Source of the DNA: a virus
Taxonomy: Duplodnaviria; Caudoviricetes
Direction: 5' to 3' (one strand)
DNA length: 46,052 bases
Virus record (IMG/VR): IMGVR_UViG_3300044711_000030
Span: 1 to 46,052 of that record
Shown piece after piece: positions 17,599 through 26,346 of this stretch; within the stretch, counting starts at the first letter, position 1, and each line of letters opens with the position of its first letter. Made by a program: the position numbers and the translations under genes. Below the pieces are notes generated by a model. The model did not search any database. It was not told the origin of the DNA and saw nothing but the letters and a program-made list of their open reading frames with translations.

Positions 17599-19079
17599 TG
17601 GCGCTCCTACATGGACTCGAGCGGACTGCGGGCGGCGCGCTGCGCGTGCTGGATGGGCTTGGCGGGACGCTCACGTTTCAGCGCGGCGTGCCGATCAGCG
17701 CGGACAACGATCTTGCCGTCACGTACTCGGCGACCGAGCCTGCCGGGGCAAAGACGATCGGCGGCGTGTGTCGAGACACGAGCGGGAAGATTGTCGTGTC
17801 TGACTCGGCGCCTGGGTACGTCAATCAGGGCATCGGGTACGTGTCGGACGCCGGGCGCATTGTATGCGTGGTGCATTCGGAGCCAGCGAACGGCGCGCGC
17901 AGGGCCTACCTAGAAGGCGTCGGCCGCGTGTTCGTGAACGATGCCGGACAAGTGCATGTCAACCCGGCCGACCTGCTGGCGAGGTTTGCGGACGCAGGCA
18001 GCGGTGCCGTTACTACAACGCTTGCGGCTGGCACGGGATCTCCGACGTTCACGCGCGCCACGGCTGCCGCGGCGAAGCTCTCTACGGGGCTATGGAAGCT
18101 CGATGTTGCGAGCGGGGTAGCACGGTCTAGTTATATCGGCCTGACAACCGCAGTTGGCGCATACGGCGGCTATCTGGCCGAGGGCGCGAGAACGAATAGC
18201 TGCCTGCAGTCACGCGATCTAACGAGTGTGTCGTGGACCAAGACGACGCTGACAGTCGCCAAGACTTCGACCGGGATTGATGGCGTTGGTAGCTCCTGCA
18301 CGCGCTGCACGGCGGCCGGGGCGAATTCGACGGCTACACAAGCGATCACTCTGGTAAGCGCGGCCAAGACGTTCAGCGTTTGGATTAAGCGCGTTACGGG
18401 CACCGGCGTTGTGCAGATCAGCCTGGATAACTTCGCCACTAATACCGATGTCACCGCGCTCATCAATTCGAGCACTTTCACGCTGGTCCAGATGACGCAA
18501 ACGCTGGCGAACCCGACGGTAGGGATTCGGCTGGTGACGAGCACCGATGCAATCGACGTGGATGTAGCGCAGCTTGAGGACACCGCGAGCTTCGCGAGTA
18601 CGCCTATCCCGACAACGACCATTGCGGTTACTCGGAACGCGGATGTACTGAACTACGTTTTGGCCGGGAATGCTGATGCGACCGTGGGGGGTGCTTATGC
18701 GGAAGTAAGCACGCTTTGGAGTACCGGACCAACTACGGCCGGAGCAATCATGTTTGGCACTAGCGAAGGTCCGCTCAGAGCGCAAGCGGCTGCGGACACG
18801 CAAATCCTAGCTTTCGACGGCACGACCGTAGTCAGCAAGAGTGGGCTGACAGCCATGTCAACCGGTGTGAGGAAGCGCGCGTCATCTTGGGGCTCTGGAA
18901 TCTCAATAACAGGAGATGGAGTTGCAGTTACCGCGGGGTCTTTTGATGGATCTTTTCAAACAACCTCAATAGGAATTGGATGCGGTGCCACGGTGGCCCA
19001 ATGGTTCGGGACCGTAAAAAACGCTCGCCTCTGGACGCGTCAAATTTCTGACGCTGCTCTTGTGAGCATTACAGCATGA
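17598..19079 (+). CDS. Head/tail spike-fibre-like protein with lectin (LamG-like) C-terminus
   Basis: TFTRAT, LAEGARTN, AQLE..FASTPIPTT..VTRNAD, WFGTVKNARLW..ISDAAL motifs. Confidence 0.7.
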   Translation: MALLHGLERTAGGALRVLDGLGGTLTFQRGVPISADNDLAVTYSATEPAGAKTIGGVCRDTSGKIVVSDSAPGYVNQGIGYVSDAGRIVCVVHSEPANGARRAYLEGVGRVFVNDAGQVHVNPADLLARFADAGSGAVTTTLAAGTGSPTFTRATAAAAKLSTGLWKLDVASGVARSSYIGLTTAVGAYGGYLAEGARTNSCLQSRDLTSVSWTKTTLTVAKTSTGIDGVGSSCTRCTAAGANSTATQAITLVSAAKTFSVWIKRVTGTGVVQISLDNFATNTDVTALINSSTFTLVQMTQTLANPTVGIRLVTSTDAIDVDVAQLEDTASFASTPIPTTTIAVTRNADVLNYVLAGNADATVGGAYAEVSTLWSTGPTTAGAIMFGTSEGPLRAQAAADTQILAFDGTTVVSKSGLTAMSTGVRKRASSWGSGISITGDGVAVTAGSFDGSFQTTSIGIGCGATVAQWFGTVKNARLWTRQISDAALVSITA

Positions 19080-19194
19080 GCTTCGAGATTACAAAGCCGA
19101 TGAGCATGAAAACGATTGGGATCACGACGATGAGCGCCGCGCCGCAATATATGCCGAAATCTTCTTCTGTCTCGTTTGAAGCGTACTTGTCCAC

Positions 19195-19458
19195 ATGACC
19201 CCCGTTTTGCGCGTGATTATCCCGGCGGCAAGTCTAACAGAGGCGACTAAGACTTTAGGCGGCACGGCGGACAACATCATCACGCGCGGCCTGAACGTGG
19301 ATTACATCGTTGACGATCCCAATGGAAACAAGGCTGTCCCGGTCGGAGCGCTCTATGCGGCCAGGATGAATGCGGCAGGGCAAGTAACTGTCGTAGTGCC
19401 GAAATCGGCGCTGCTGACGGCGGATCATACCTTCGATGGCTGGCCTGCCCCGGCATGA
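19195..19458 (+). CDS. Hypothetical protein
   Basis: 87-aa ORF, overlap-coupled. Confidence 0.55.
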   Translation: MTPVLRVIIPAASLTEATKTLGGTADNIITRGLNVDYIVDDPNGNKAVPVGALYAARMNAAGQVTVVVPKSALLTADHTFDGWPAPA

Positions 19459-19754
19459 ACGAAGCCCGCAAAGAGCACAACGAGGCCGAGATCGCGCGCG
19501 GCCGGCAGGCGCAGGCGATCCTGAACGATCCGCTATTCGCCGAGACGTTCAAGACGCTGAAGCAGGAAATCATCGACAAGTGGGCCGCGTGCCCGGCGCG
19601 TGATACCGAGGGCCGCGAATGGCTGTGGCAGCACTACCAAGTAGCGCTGAAATTCGAGGAAGCGCTTACCACGGTTCTGAACACCGGGAAGATGGCCGTA
19701 AAAGAACGCGAAATGTCGCTCGTTGAGCGCGCCGTATCAATCGTCAGGAGATAG
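19455..19754 (+). CDS. Conserved pre-scaffold protein
   Basis: RGRQAQAILNDPLF...DTEGREWLW...GK; typical position before the scaffold gene. Confidence 0.75.
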   Translation: MNEARKEHNEAEIARGRQAQAILNDPLFAETFKTLKQEIIDKWAACPARDTEGREWLWQHYQVALKFEEALTTVLNTGKMAVKEREMSLVERAVSIVRR

Positions 19755-19756
19755 AA

Positions 19757-20824
19757 ATGCCGGAAGTCGCCCAAGTCGAACAGCCACAGGTCCAGCAGCC
19801 CGCGCCCGCCCAGCAGGCGCCGCAGCTCGACATGTCTGACGAAGGGATCATGTCTCGCGCGCTCGGCGTGCAGAACCTACCTCCGCGAGACGATAGCGGG
19901 CGCTTCGTGAGCCAGCAGCAACAGGCAGAGGCGCCTGCCGAGACACCTCCTCCTGCCGAGACGCCAGCGGAAGCCACAGCCGAGCCCGAGGCCGCCGCGG
20001 CGCCTGCCGAGCAGGAGGAGGTTCCTTGGGATTCCGTCAAGGACGTGAAGATCAAGGTGCCGATGAAGGACGGCGATAAGGAATGGATCGACGAAGTGAC
20101 TATCGGCCAGCTTCGCGAAGAACGGCTGATGAAGTCGGACTACACGAAAAAGACGCAGGAACTCGCTGAGCAGAAACGTCAGGCAGAGACGCTCGCGCAG
20201 ACCGCCGTCGCCAAAGAGCGCGAGCAGTACATGCAGGCGCTCAACACATTGCACCAGTCCGTCCAGCAAGCGACCGCATCGGAGCTTAACGGAGTGGACT
20301 GGAACAAGCTCGCCGCTGAGAACCCGGCCGAATACGTCAGGCTATCGAACAAGGCGAGGGAAGCAAACGAGGCGATGCAGCGCATTCGCTTCGAGCATGA
20401 AAAGGTTCAAACGCAGCAGTCGAAAGAGCAGAAGGAACGCCTCGACCAAGCTGTAGCCGAATCTCGAGTGAAGCTCAAGGAAGCGATCCCGACGTGGAAT
20501 GACGACCTGTACAAAGCGATCCTCAAAAGAGGAGTCGAAACCTACGGCTTCAAGCCGGAAGAAGTTGGCGAATTTTATGACCACCGCGTAATGCGAGTCA
20601 TGCACGACGCCCATCTCTACCGCGCGATGCAGGAGGGGAAACCCACTGCTGAGAAGAAAGTCGTTCAGGTTCCGCCCGTGCTGAAGCCCGGCAACGTCAA
20701 ACCCAAGGTTGATCCGAAAACCCAAGAGCTGAAGCAAAACCGTGAACGTCTCGCGGCCAACGGCAACGACATGGAAGCCGCCGCCGCCTTGATGGGCACA
20801 TTCGTAGGAGGCAGCAAAAAATAG
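19757..20824 (+). CDS. Capsid scaffolding protein
   Basis: Acidic Pro/Ala N-terminus, RDDSGRF, DYTKKTQELA, DWNKLAAENPAEY, DHRVMR; upstream of the capsid gene. Confidence 0.85.
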   Translation: MPEVAQVEQPQVQQPAPAQQAPQLDMSDEGIMSRALGVQNLPPRDDSGRFVSQQQQAEAPAETPPPAETPAEATAEPEAAAAPAEQEEVPWDSVKDVKIKVPMKDGDKEWIDEVTIGQLREERLMKSDYTKKTQELAEQKRQAETLAQTAVAKEREQYMQALNTLHQSVQQATASELNGVDWNKLAAENPAEYVRLSNKAREANEAMQRIRFEHEKVQTQQSKEQKERLDQAVAESRVKLKEAIPTWNDDLYKAILKRGVETYGFKPEEVGEFYDHRVMRVMHDAHLYRAMQEGKPTAEKKVVQVPPVLKPGNVKPKVDPKTQELKQNRERLAANGNDMEAAAALMGTFVGGSKK

Positions 20825-20856
20825 GGACGCGCGCTTAACGCGAGCGTTAATCTCAA

Positions 20857-21876
20857 ATGGCAGTCCCAGCCGGAACACTCCAGACCTACCAGACCATCGG
20901 TAACAAGGAGGATTTCGAGGACGCGGCATACATGATCTCCCCCACGGAGACGCCGTTCCTCACAATGGCGAAGCGGCTCAAAGCCGACAACCGCCTGCAT
21001 CAATGGCTCACCGATGAACTGACGGACGCAACGTCAGGTAACGCAGTAATCGAAGGTGACGACGCCGCGGCGGATACCGCCGTGCCGGCCGTCAACCTGA
21101 AAAACAACTGTCAGCTCATGGACAAGGTTGCCTTCGTGTCGAACACGCAGGAGGCGATTCCGAGCTACGGCAACGTCGGCTCGATGTCCTACCAGATGGC
21201 GAAGCGGGTCAAGGAGCTGAAGCGCGACCTGGAAGCCGCGCTCGTGCGTAACAACGCCGGCACGGCTGGCGTGGCTGCGTCGGCCGCGCTGATGGCATCG
21301 CTCGAAAGCTGGCTCGGCTACTCCGGAGGCCAGGCGGCGACCATCAAGACGGCCAACGGAACCACCGTGCAGGAAGGCGCCGCGGGCACCACGCCGGGAT
21401 TCACCACGGCGAACGGCTTCCCGGTTACGGCGCCGACCGATTCGACCTCTACCGGGTCGATCTCGGAAACGGTGCTCAAGAACTGCATCGCCAACACGTA
21501 CAACAACGGGGGTGACCCGCGCACGCTGCTGGTGCCGCCGCTGATCAAGCAGAAGATCAGCACGGCGTTCAGCGGCGTGGCAACGCGGTTCCGCGAAGTC
21601 AAGAGCCGGGACCAGGCGCAGATCATCGGGGGTGCGGATCTCTACATCTCCGACTTCGGCGAGCACGTCATCAAGGCCGATCGCTTCGTCCGACCTTCGG
21701 TGATGTTCGGCCTCGATCCCGACTATATCGGGGTCGCATTCCTGCAGCCTATCCAGCAGAAGCCGCTGGCGGTTGTGGGCCACGCGGACAAGCGGATGGT
21801 CTGGTGTCAAGCCACGCTCGTCCTGCAAAACCCGTTCGCCCATTTCAAAATTGGCGATATAAATCCCGCCAAATAA
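20857..21876 (+). CDS. Major capsid protein (DUF5309/SU10-like)
   Basis: GNKEDF..ISPTETPF, HQWLTD.L, YQMAKRVKELKRDLE, YISDFG. Confidence 0.9.
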   Translation: MAVPAGTLQTYQTIGNKEDFEDAAYMISPTETPFLTMAKRLKADNRLHQWLTDELTDATSGNAVIEGDDAAADTAVPAVNLKNNCQLMDKVAFVSNTQEAIPSYGNVGSMSYQMAKRVKELKRDLEAALVRNNAGTAGVAASAALMASLESWLGYSGGQAATIKTANGTTVQEGAAGTTPGFTTANGFPVTAPTDSTSTGSISETVLKNCIANTYNNGGDPRTLLVPPLIKQKISTAFSGVATRFREVKSRDQAQIIGGADLYISDFGEHVIKADRFVRPSVMFGLDPDYIGVAFLQPIQQKPLAVVGHADKRMVWCQATLVLQNPFAHFKIGDINPAK

Positions 21877-21883
21877 AAGAGGA

Positions 21884-22348
21884 CTAGCCTTGTTTCCAGT
21901 TCTGGCCCGAAGCAACCGCATGAATTGTGGAGAGACTTACGTTGTATCTCAATGCGAGGTTGCGGCGCTTCGTGCCGGACTGGATTTTTGTTCTTATAGA
22001 CTTGGCATCCTCCTCCGTCAGTTTTGCGCGTGGATGTTTCCTGCAGAGCACGTGAAGCTTATGCAGCGTGTTTTCGCTCGTCGTCATCCACTCAAGATTG
22101 GAAAAGCGATTGTCGTCGCGCACTCCGTTCTTGTGATTGCAGTTCGGTTTTGCGTGGTCAATCCCTTCAAAAGCAAAAAGCACGGCTCGGTGAACAGAGA
22201 TTTTAGGGCCGTACCGCCCAAGTTGAACGCGCTGGTATCCGTTGCGTTCCTTGGAAAGTTTAAGCACAAGCACACGCCTGATACGTCCTTCGGACGAGGC
22301 TTCATATCCGGCATAGCCTGGAATTGGTTTCCAAATTTCTTCTTGCAT
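21884..22348 (-). CDS. NUMOD4-HNH homing endonuclease (antisense insertion)
   Basis: EIWKPIPGYAGYEASSEGRIR (NUMOD4); VHRAVL..F...NHKNGVRDDNRFSNLEW (HNH); GGGAG RBS before the ATG at 22348. Confidence 0.92.
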   Translation of the reverse strand: MQEEIWKPIPGYAGYEASSEGRIRRVLVLKLSKERNGYQRVQLGRYGPKISVHRAVLFAFEGIDHAKPNCNHKNGVRDDNRFSNLEWMTTSENTLHKLHVLCRKHPRAKLTEEDAKSIRTKIQSGTKRRNLALRYNVSLSTIHAVASGQNWKQG

Positions 22349-22390
22349 AGCGGCTCCCTTAGCTATGCGAATTATCCCATTTCGCCATCC

Positions 22391-22420
22391 CCCACGCTGA
22401 GAATCGCGTGGGCTTTTTTT
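22391..22420 (+). terminator. Intrinsic terminator downstream of the capsid gene
   Basis: cccacgc-tgagaatc-gcgtggg followed by a T run. Confidence 0.8.
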
Positions 22421-22431
22421 AGGAGATAGCA

Positions 22432-22794
22432 ATGCCGCAAGGAATGACAGCAAGCGAAACAAGGGCAGTCGTCGCAGACGAAAAGAAGGCCGAAGCGCAG
22501 CATCAAAAGGAACTGAAGGAAGCGGAGAAGCACTCTTTTTCATTCAGCCTAAGCGGGACGAAGGAGGGGGCGACGAAGCAGCTCGGCACGCAAGTGAAGG
22601 ACTCTGGCGTTGCGTCCGCCATCAAGGCCATCATATCCGCGGCCCCCGGTAACGCGTTGTCGCTCGCCGGCACGATGGAATCCGCCGTGGACGGCTCGAA
22701 AGGGACTATCGAGATCCACGGGAATTTCGAGTCGCTTTCCGAGGAAGTTCTGAAAACCTCGGCGGCAACCGAGAAGCAGCGGAACAAGCGCTAG
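22432..22794 (+). CDS. Hypothetical protein
   Basis: AGGAG RBS; 120 aa. Confidence 0.65.
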   Translation: MPQGMTASETRAVVADEKKAEAQHQKELKEAEKHSFSFSLSGTKEGATKQLGTQVKDSGVASAIKAIISAAPGNALSLAGTMESAVDGSKGTIEIHGNFESLSEEVLKTSAATEKQRNKR

Positions 22795-23153
22795 TGAAGG
22801 TCGTCAAGAACGCGAACCCGTACAACGGCGAGCGCTTGCTCGATTACGACCCGTACTCGGACGTTAAGACGTTCTTTAGCGCCGACGGGAAGTATGGCGA
22901 GCGCTTCGCCATTCGCCAGGAGTTCGGCGATGTGTCGCCGGAGGTGGACGCCTCTCGCGAGCTGCAGAAGGATGACGATCACTGGAAAAAAGGCGTCAAG
23001 AATGGGTGGCTGCATGCTGCGCACATCCCGGACTCGATCCTGCTGCAGTGGCACGCAATGGGTGTGAACATCAACGAGCCGAAGGAGCTGCTGCGCATGG
23101 TGCAGCGGCCCGAGTATCACTATCTAAGGTGCGTCGACAAGGTGCTGGTGTGA
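22794..23153 (+). CDS. Conserved post-capsid protein
   Basis: DVSPEVD...WLHAAHIP..ILLQW..GVNI...PEYHYLR motif usual after this capsid type. Confidence 0.7.
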   Translation: MKVVKNANPYNGERLLDYDPYSDVKTFFSADGKYGERFAIRQEFGDVSPEVDASRELQKDDDHWKKGVKNGWLHAAHIPDSILLQWHAMGVNINEPKELLRMVQRPEYHYLRCVDKVLV

Positions 23154-24571
23154 TCCTGCCGGCGCTCAAGACGGTGCCGCTACCGAGGGCCGCATCGAAA
23201 GCCGAGATCGACTGCGCTATCGCGCATCAATTCGAGGAGCAGGGAAAGCTCGAGGAAGCGCTGCAAGTAGCGAATGGCGTTCTGGACGATGACCCAGACG
23301 ACGCCGTAGCGCTGCTGATTGCCGGGCGGGTCTGCCTGAAGATGCAGAAGCACGGCCTTGCATACAACATCCTGAAGCGCTCGCTCTCGCTCAAGGAGCG
23401 TTACGACACGCGGATAAACGTCGCCGCGGCCTGCATTGGCATGCAGCGCCTTGAGGAGGCGCGGCGCATCACGCAGGAATTGCGCCGCATGAAGCCGCAG
23501 GACGAGAAGGCGCTCGCGCTGCTCTGCCTGCTCGCGGTCTACGAGTGCAATCCGCGGCTGGCGATCGACCTTGGCGAGAAAGCCTTATCGCTGAAAGCGG
23601 GTCAATTCGACGTTCACGAATCGCTCGGCTACGCGCATCTCATGCTCGGCGAGTGGCCGCAGGGCTGGGACGGCTACGAGAAGTTTATCGGGCATTCCAA
23701 GTATCGGCCGCTGAAGCCGCCCTACGAGGGCTGCCCTTACTGGGATGGCTCGGACGGCCTTGACCTCTACATCCGCGGGGAGCAGGGCCTGGGCGATGAG
23801 ATCAGCTTCGCGTCGATCCTGCCCGAGATCATGCCGCGCATGAAGTCCGTCGTCTACGACTGCGACGAAAAGCTCGGCGGGCTGATGAAAAGGAGCTTCC
23901 CAAATGCCGAAGTCCATGCGACTCGAAAGGGCAAGAACGCCGATAAGGACTGGCTACGCGGGCGCACTTTTGACGCCCACACGCTCATCGGTACGCTCGC
24001 CAGCCACCGCAGGCAGCGCTCCAGTGACTTTCCTGGGACGCCTTATCTCGTGGCTGACCCGCAGCGGCGCGTGCAATGGCGGGCGCTTCTAGACACGCTG
24101 CCGGGCAAGAAAGTAGGGCTCGCCTGGACGGGCGGATCGAGGGGCACGTTCTCGGGGCGCAGGAGTTTAGCTTTAGACGCTATGCTTCCCCTCCTGCAAA
24201 CCGAGGGCGTGTCGTGGGTGTCGCTGCAGTATCAAGACCCCTCGGACGACATCCGCGAGTTTGAGGAAGCGCACGGCATCAAGATTCATCACTGGGCGCG
24301 CTGCACCGAGTCGCCGGACTATGACGATACCGCGGCGCTGGTGGCCGAGCTCGACCTCGTAATCAGCGTTCCGACCGCTGTATGCCACTTGGCCGGGGCG
24401 CTCGGGAAAGAGTGCTGGGCGCTGACCCCGTTGCGCCCGACGTGGTTCTGGTGCCTGAAGGGCGGGCTGATGCCGTGGCATAGCTCGGTCAAGATAATCC
24501 GGCGCACCGACGAGGAACCGCCGCAGAAGGAAATAGCGCAGATCAAGGCGATGCTGGAGGCGCGGCTGTGA
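23150..24571 (+). CDS. TPR-repeat glycosyltransferase (GT9/heptosyltransferase-like)
   Basis: N-terminal TPR helices; EQGLGDEISF, KVGLAWTGG, VSLQY, DDTAALVAELDLVISVPTAVCHLAGALG. Confidence 0.85.
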   Translation: MILPALKTVPLPRAASKAEIDCAIAHQFEEQGKLEEALQVANGVLDDDPDDAVALLIAGRVCLKMQKHGLAYNILKRSLSLKERYDTRINVAAACIGMQRLEEARRITQELRRMKPQDEKALALLCLLAVYECNPRLAIDLGEKALSLKAGQFDVHESLGYAHLMLGEWPQGWDGYEKFIGHSKYRPLKPPYEGCPYWDGSDGLDLYIRGEQGLGDEISFASILPEIMPRMKSVVYDCDEKLGGLMKRSFPNAEVHATRKGKNADKDWLRGRTFDAHTLIGTLASHRRQRSSDFPGTPYLVADPQRRVQWRALLDTLPGKKVGLAWTGGSRGTFSGRRSLALDAMLPLLQTEGVSWVSLQYQDPSDDIREFEEAHGIKIHHWARCTESPDYDDTAALVAELDLVISVPTAVCHLAGALGKECWALTPLRPTWFWCLKGGLMPWHSSVKIIRRTDEEPPQKEIAQIKAMLEARL

Positions 24572-25218
24572 AGGTATTCATCGGCTACGACATTCGCCAG
24601 CCGATCGCCTTTCAGGTGCTCGCGCATTCGATCTGGTCGTTTTCGAGCAAGCCTGTCGAAATCGTGCGCCTTGACATCCGCCAGATGCCGATCAAGCGCA
24701 CCAGCCTGACCGAGTTCACCTATTCCCGATATTGCCCGCCGTACCTGATGGGCTACGAGGGGACCGCGCTATTCCTGGACGCCGACATGCTGCTGCTCGA
24801 CGACATCTGGAAGCTTGACGCCATTGCTCGCGATATGCCGCACTCGGTCTGCCTCGTGAAGAACAAGCTGCGCTTCGAGTGGCCTAGCTTGATGTACTTC
24901 CACAACGAGCGCTGCCGCGCGCTTACTCCTGAACTGATCGAAACCGGCAAGCCGCAGACCTTCGACTGGGCGAAATACGGGGTGGGCGAGCTACCGCCAG
25001 AATGGAATCACTGCATCGGCTACGACACCCACAATCCGAACGCGAAGCTTGCGCACTACACGGCTGGCGTTCCGTGCTGGCCTGAGACGAAGAATTGCAG
25101 GTTCGCGAAGGAGTGGGCGACGGTTGCGAAGGACGCATCCTCTACCGTGCCGTGGGCCGACCTGATGGCGAAGTCGGTACATGCTGAACTTGTCACGTCA
25201 GGAAGGATCGCGGCGTGA
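24568..25218 (+). CDS. GT-A fold glycosyltransferase (GT8-like)
   Basis: VFIGYD, TEFTYSR, FLDADML (DxD), LPPEWNH, HYTAGVP. Confidence 0.85.
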   Translation: MKVFIGYDIRQPIAFQVLAHSIWSFSSKPVEIVRLDIRQMPIKRTSLTEFTYSRYCPPYLMGYEGTALFLDADMLLLDDIWKLDAIARDMPHSVCLVKNKLRFEWPSLMYFHNERCRALTPELIETGKPQTFDWAKYGVGELPPEWNHCIGYDTHNPNAKLAHYTAGVPCWPETKNCRFAKEWATVAKDASSTVPWADLMAKSVHAELVTSGRIAA

Positions 25219-25349
25219 GCCTTGGCGAGTTGATCGAATTTCTTCTGACTCGCGCGAAGACGGACCGCGACGCAGGCCGGGTGAGGGCTGCCGAAATGAT
25301 GGAAGAGGCGGCGCGTCTGCTGACAGAGGAGCGCATCGAGTGCTCCTGA
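25215..25349 (+). CDS. Small hypothetical protein (44 aa)
   Basis: GTGA-coupled ORF filling the gap between the glycosyltransferase and methyltransferase genes (manual translation). Confidence 0.45.
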   Translation: MSLGELIEFLLTRAKTDRDAGRVRAAEMMEEAARLLTEERIECS

Positions 25350-25852
25350 ATCTTGGCTGCGGCGACAAGATCATAGCAGGCTATTGCAACGTCGATGTAG
25401 CGCCGAGCCGTCTAGGGAAAGCGCCGGACGTTCTTTGCGACCTGCACAAGCTCACATTCGACGATGCGGCCGCAGATGAAATCATAGCCGTGCACGTCGT
25501 CGAGCATTTCTGGCGCTGGGAAGTCCTGGATGTGCTGCGCGAGTGGGTGCGCGTGCTCAAGCGTGGCGGCCGGATGATCCTCGAATGCCCGAACCTGATA
25601 AGCGCCTGCGAGCACTTCCTGGTTGATCCTGATTTTCGATGCGGGCCTGGGAAAGAGGGGCAGCGCTCGATGTGGGTCTTCTATGGCGACCCGTCTTGGC
25701 ATGACCCGCTGATGGTGCATCGCTGGGGATACACGCCTGCGAGCCTAGCCGCGCTTATGACCGAAGCCGGGCTCGTGAACGTCCGGCAGGAGCCGGCGCA
25801 ATTCAAGCTCAAAGAGCCGCGCGACATGCGAATAGTCGGGGATAAGCCATGA
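25340..25852 (+). CDS. Class I SAM-dependent methyltransferase
   Basis: LNLGCG, NVD, HVVEH, W.RVLKRGG; GAGGAG RBS. Confidence 0.88.
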   Translation: MLLNLGCGDKIIAGYCNVDVAPSRLGKAPDVLCDLHKLTFDDAAADEIIAVHVVEHFWRWEVLDVLREWVRVLKRGGRMILECPNLISACEHFLVDPDFRCGPGKEGQRSMWVFYGDPSWHDPLMVHRWGYTPASLAALMTEAGLVNVRQEPAQFKLKEPRDMRIVGDKP

Positions 25853-26346
25853 ATGAGGAAGTGCGCAATTTTGTCCAGCAGCATCTTGACAAGCTGAAAG
25901 GAGATGTTCTTGAAGTAGGTTCGCTGAACGTCAATGGCAGCGTGCGCGATCTGGTGCCGAATGCCATCGGTTGCGACATGCGCAAGGGGCCGAACGTCGA
26001 TGTTGTCTGCGATGCTGAGCGCCTGATCGAGAAGTTCGGCGCCAACAAGTTCGATGCCGTGATGACGTTCGACGCCTTCGAGCACATGGAAGACTGGCGC
26101 TGGTGCGTTACCGCCATGTGGGGCGTGCTCAAGACGAATGGCTGGCTGGTGATGACGATGGCGAGCCCAGCCAAGGGGCGCCACGCCTACCCAGACGACT
26201 ACTGGCGAGCGAAGTGGGAGCACGTCCTACAGATATTCCCGGACGCGCAAGACATGAGCACGTTTGGCGCGTCGATGGGCTGGACGGTGCAGAAGAAGCG
26301 AGAGCTTCCGGACTTGTGGCTGATCGAGCTAATACCTGTCCCATGA
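25849..26346 (+). CDS. Class I SAM-dependent methyltransferase
   Basis: VLEVGSLNVNG, GCDMRKGPNVD, FEH, LKTNG, HAYPDDYWR. Confidence 0.88.
   Translation: MNEEVRNFVQQHLDKLKGDVLEVGSLNVNGSVRDLVPNAIGCDMRKGPNVDVVCDAERLIEKFGANKFDAVMTFDAFEHMEDWRWCVTAMWGVLKTNGWLVMTMASPAKGRHAYPDDYWRAKWEHVLQIFPDAQDMSTFGASMGWTVQKKRELPDLWLIELIPVP

Noticed and set aside
21884-22348. Group I intron carrying the HNH
   Set aside because: The capsid ORF ends intact before it, the HNH is antisense, and there is no room for an intron core
25340-26346. DNA methyltransferases (restriction evasion)
   Set aside because: Too short and lacking DPPY/NPPY or PC motifs; they resemble small-molecule or glycan methyltransferases
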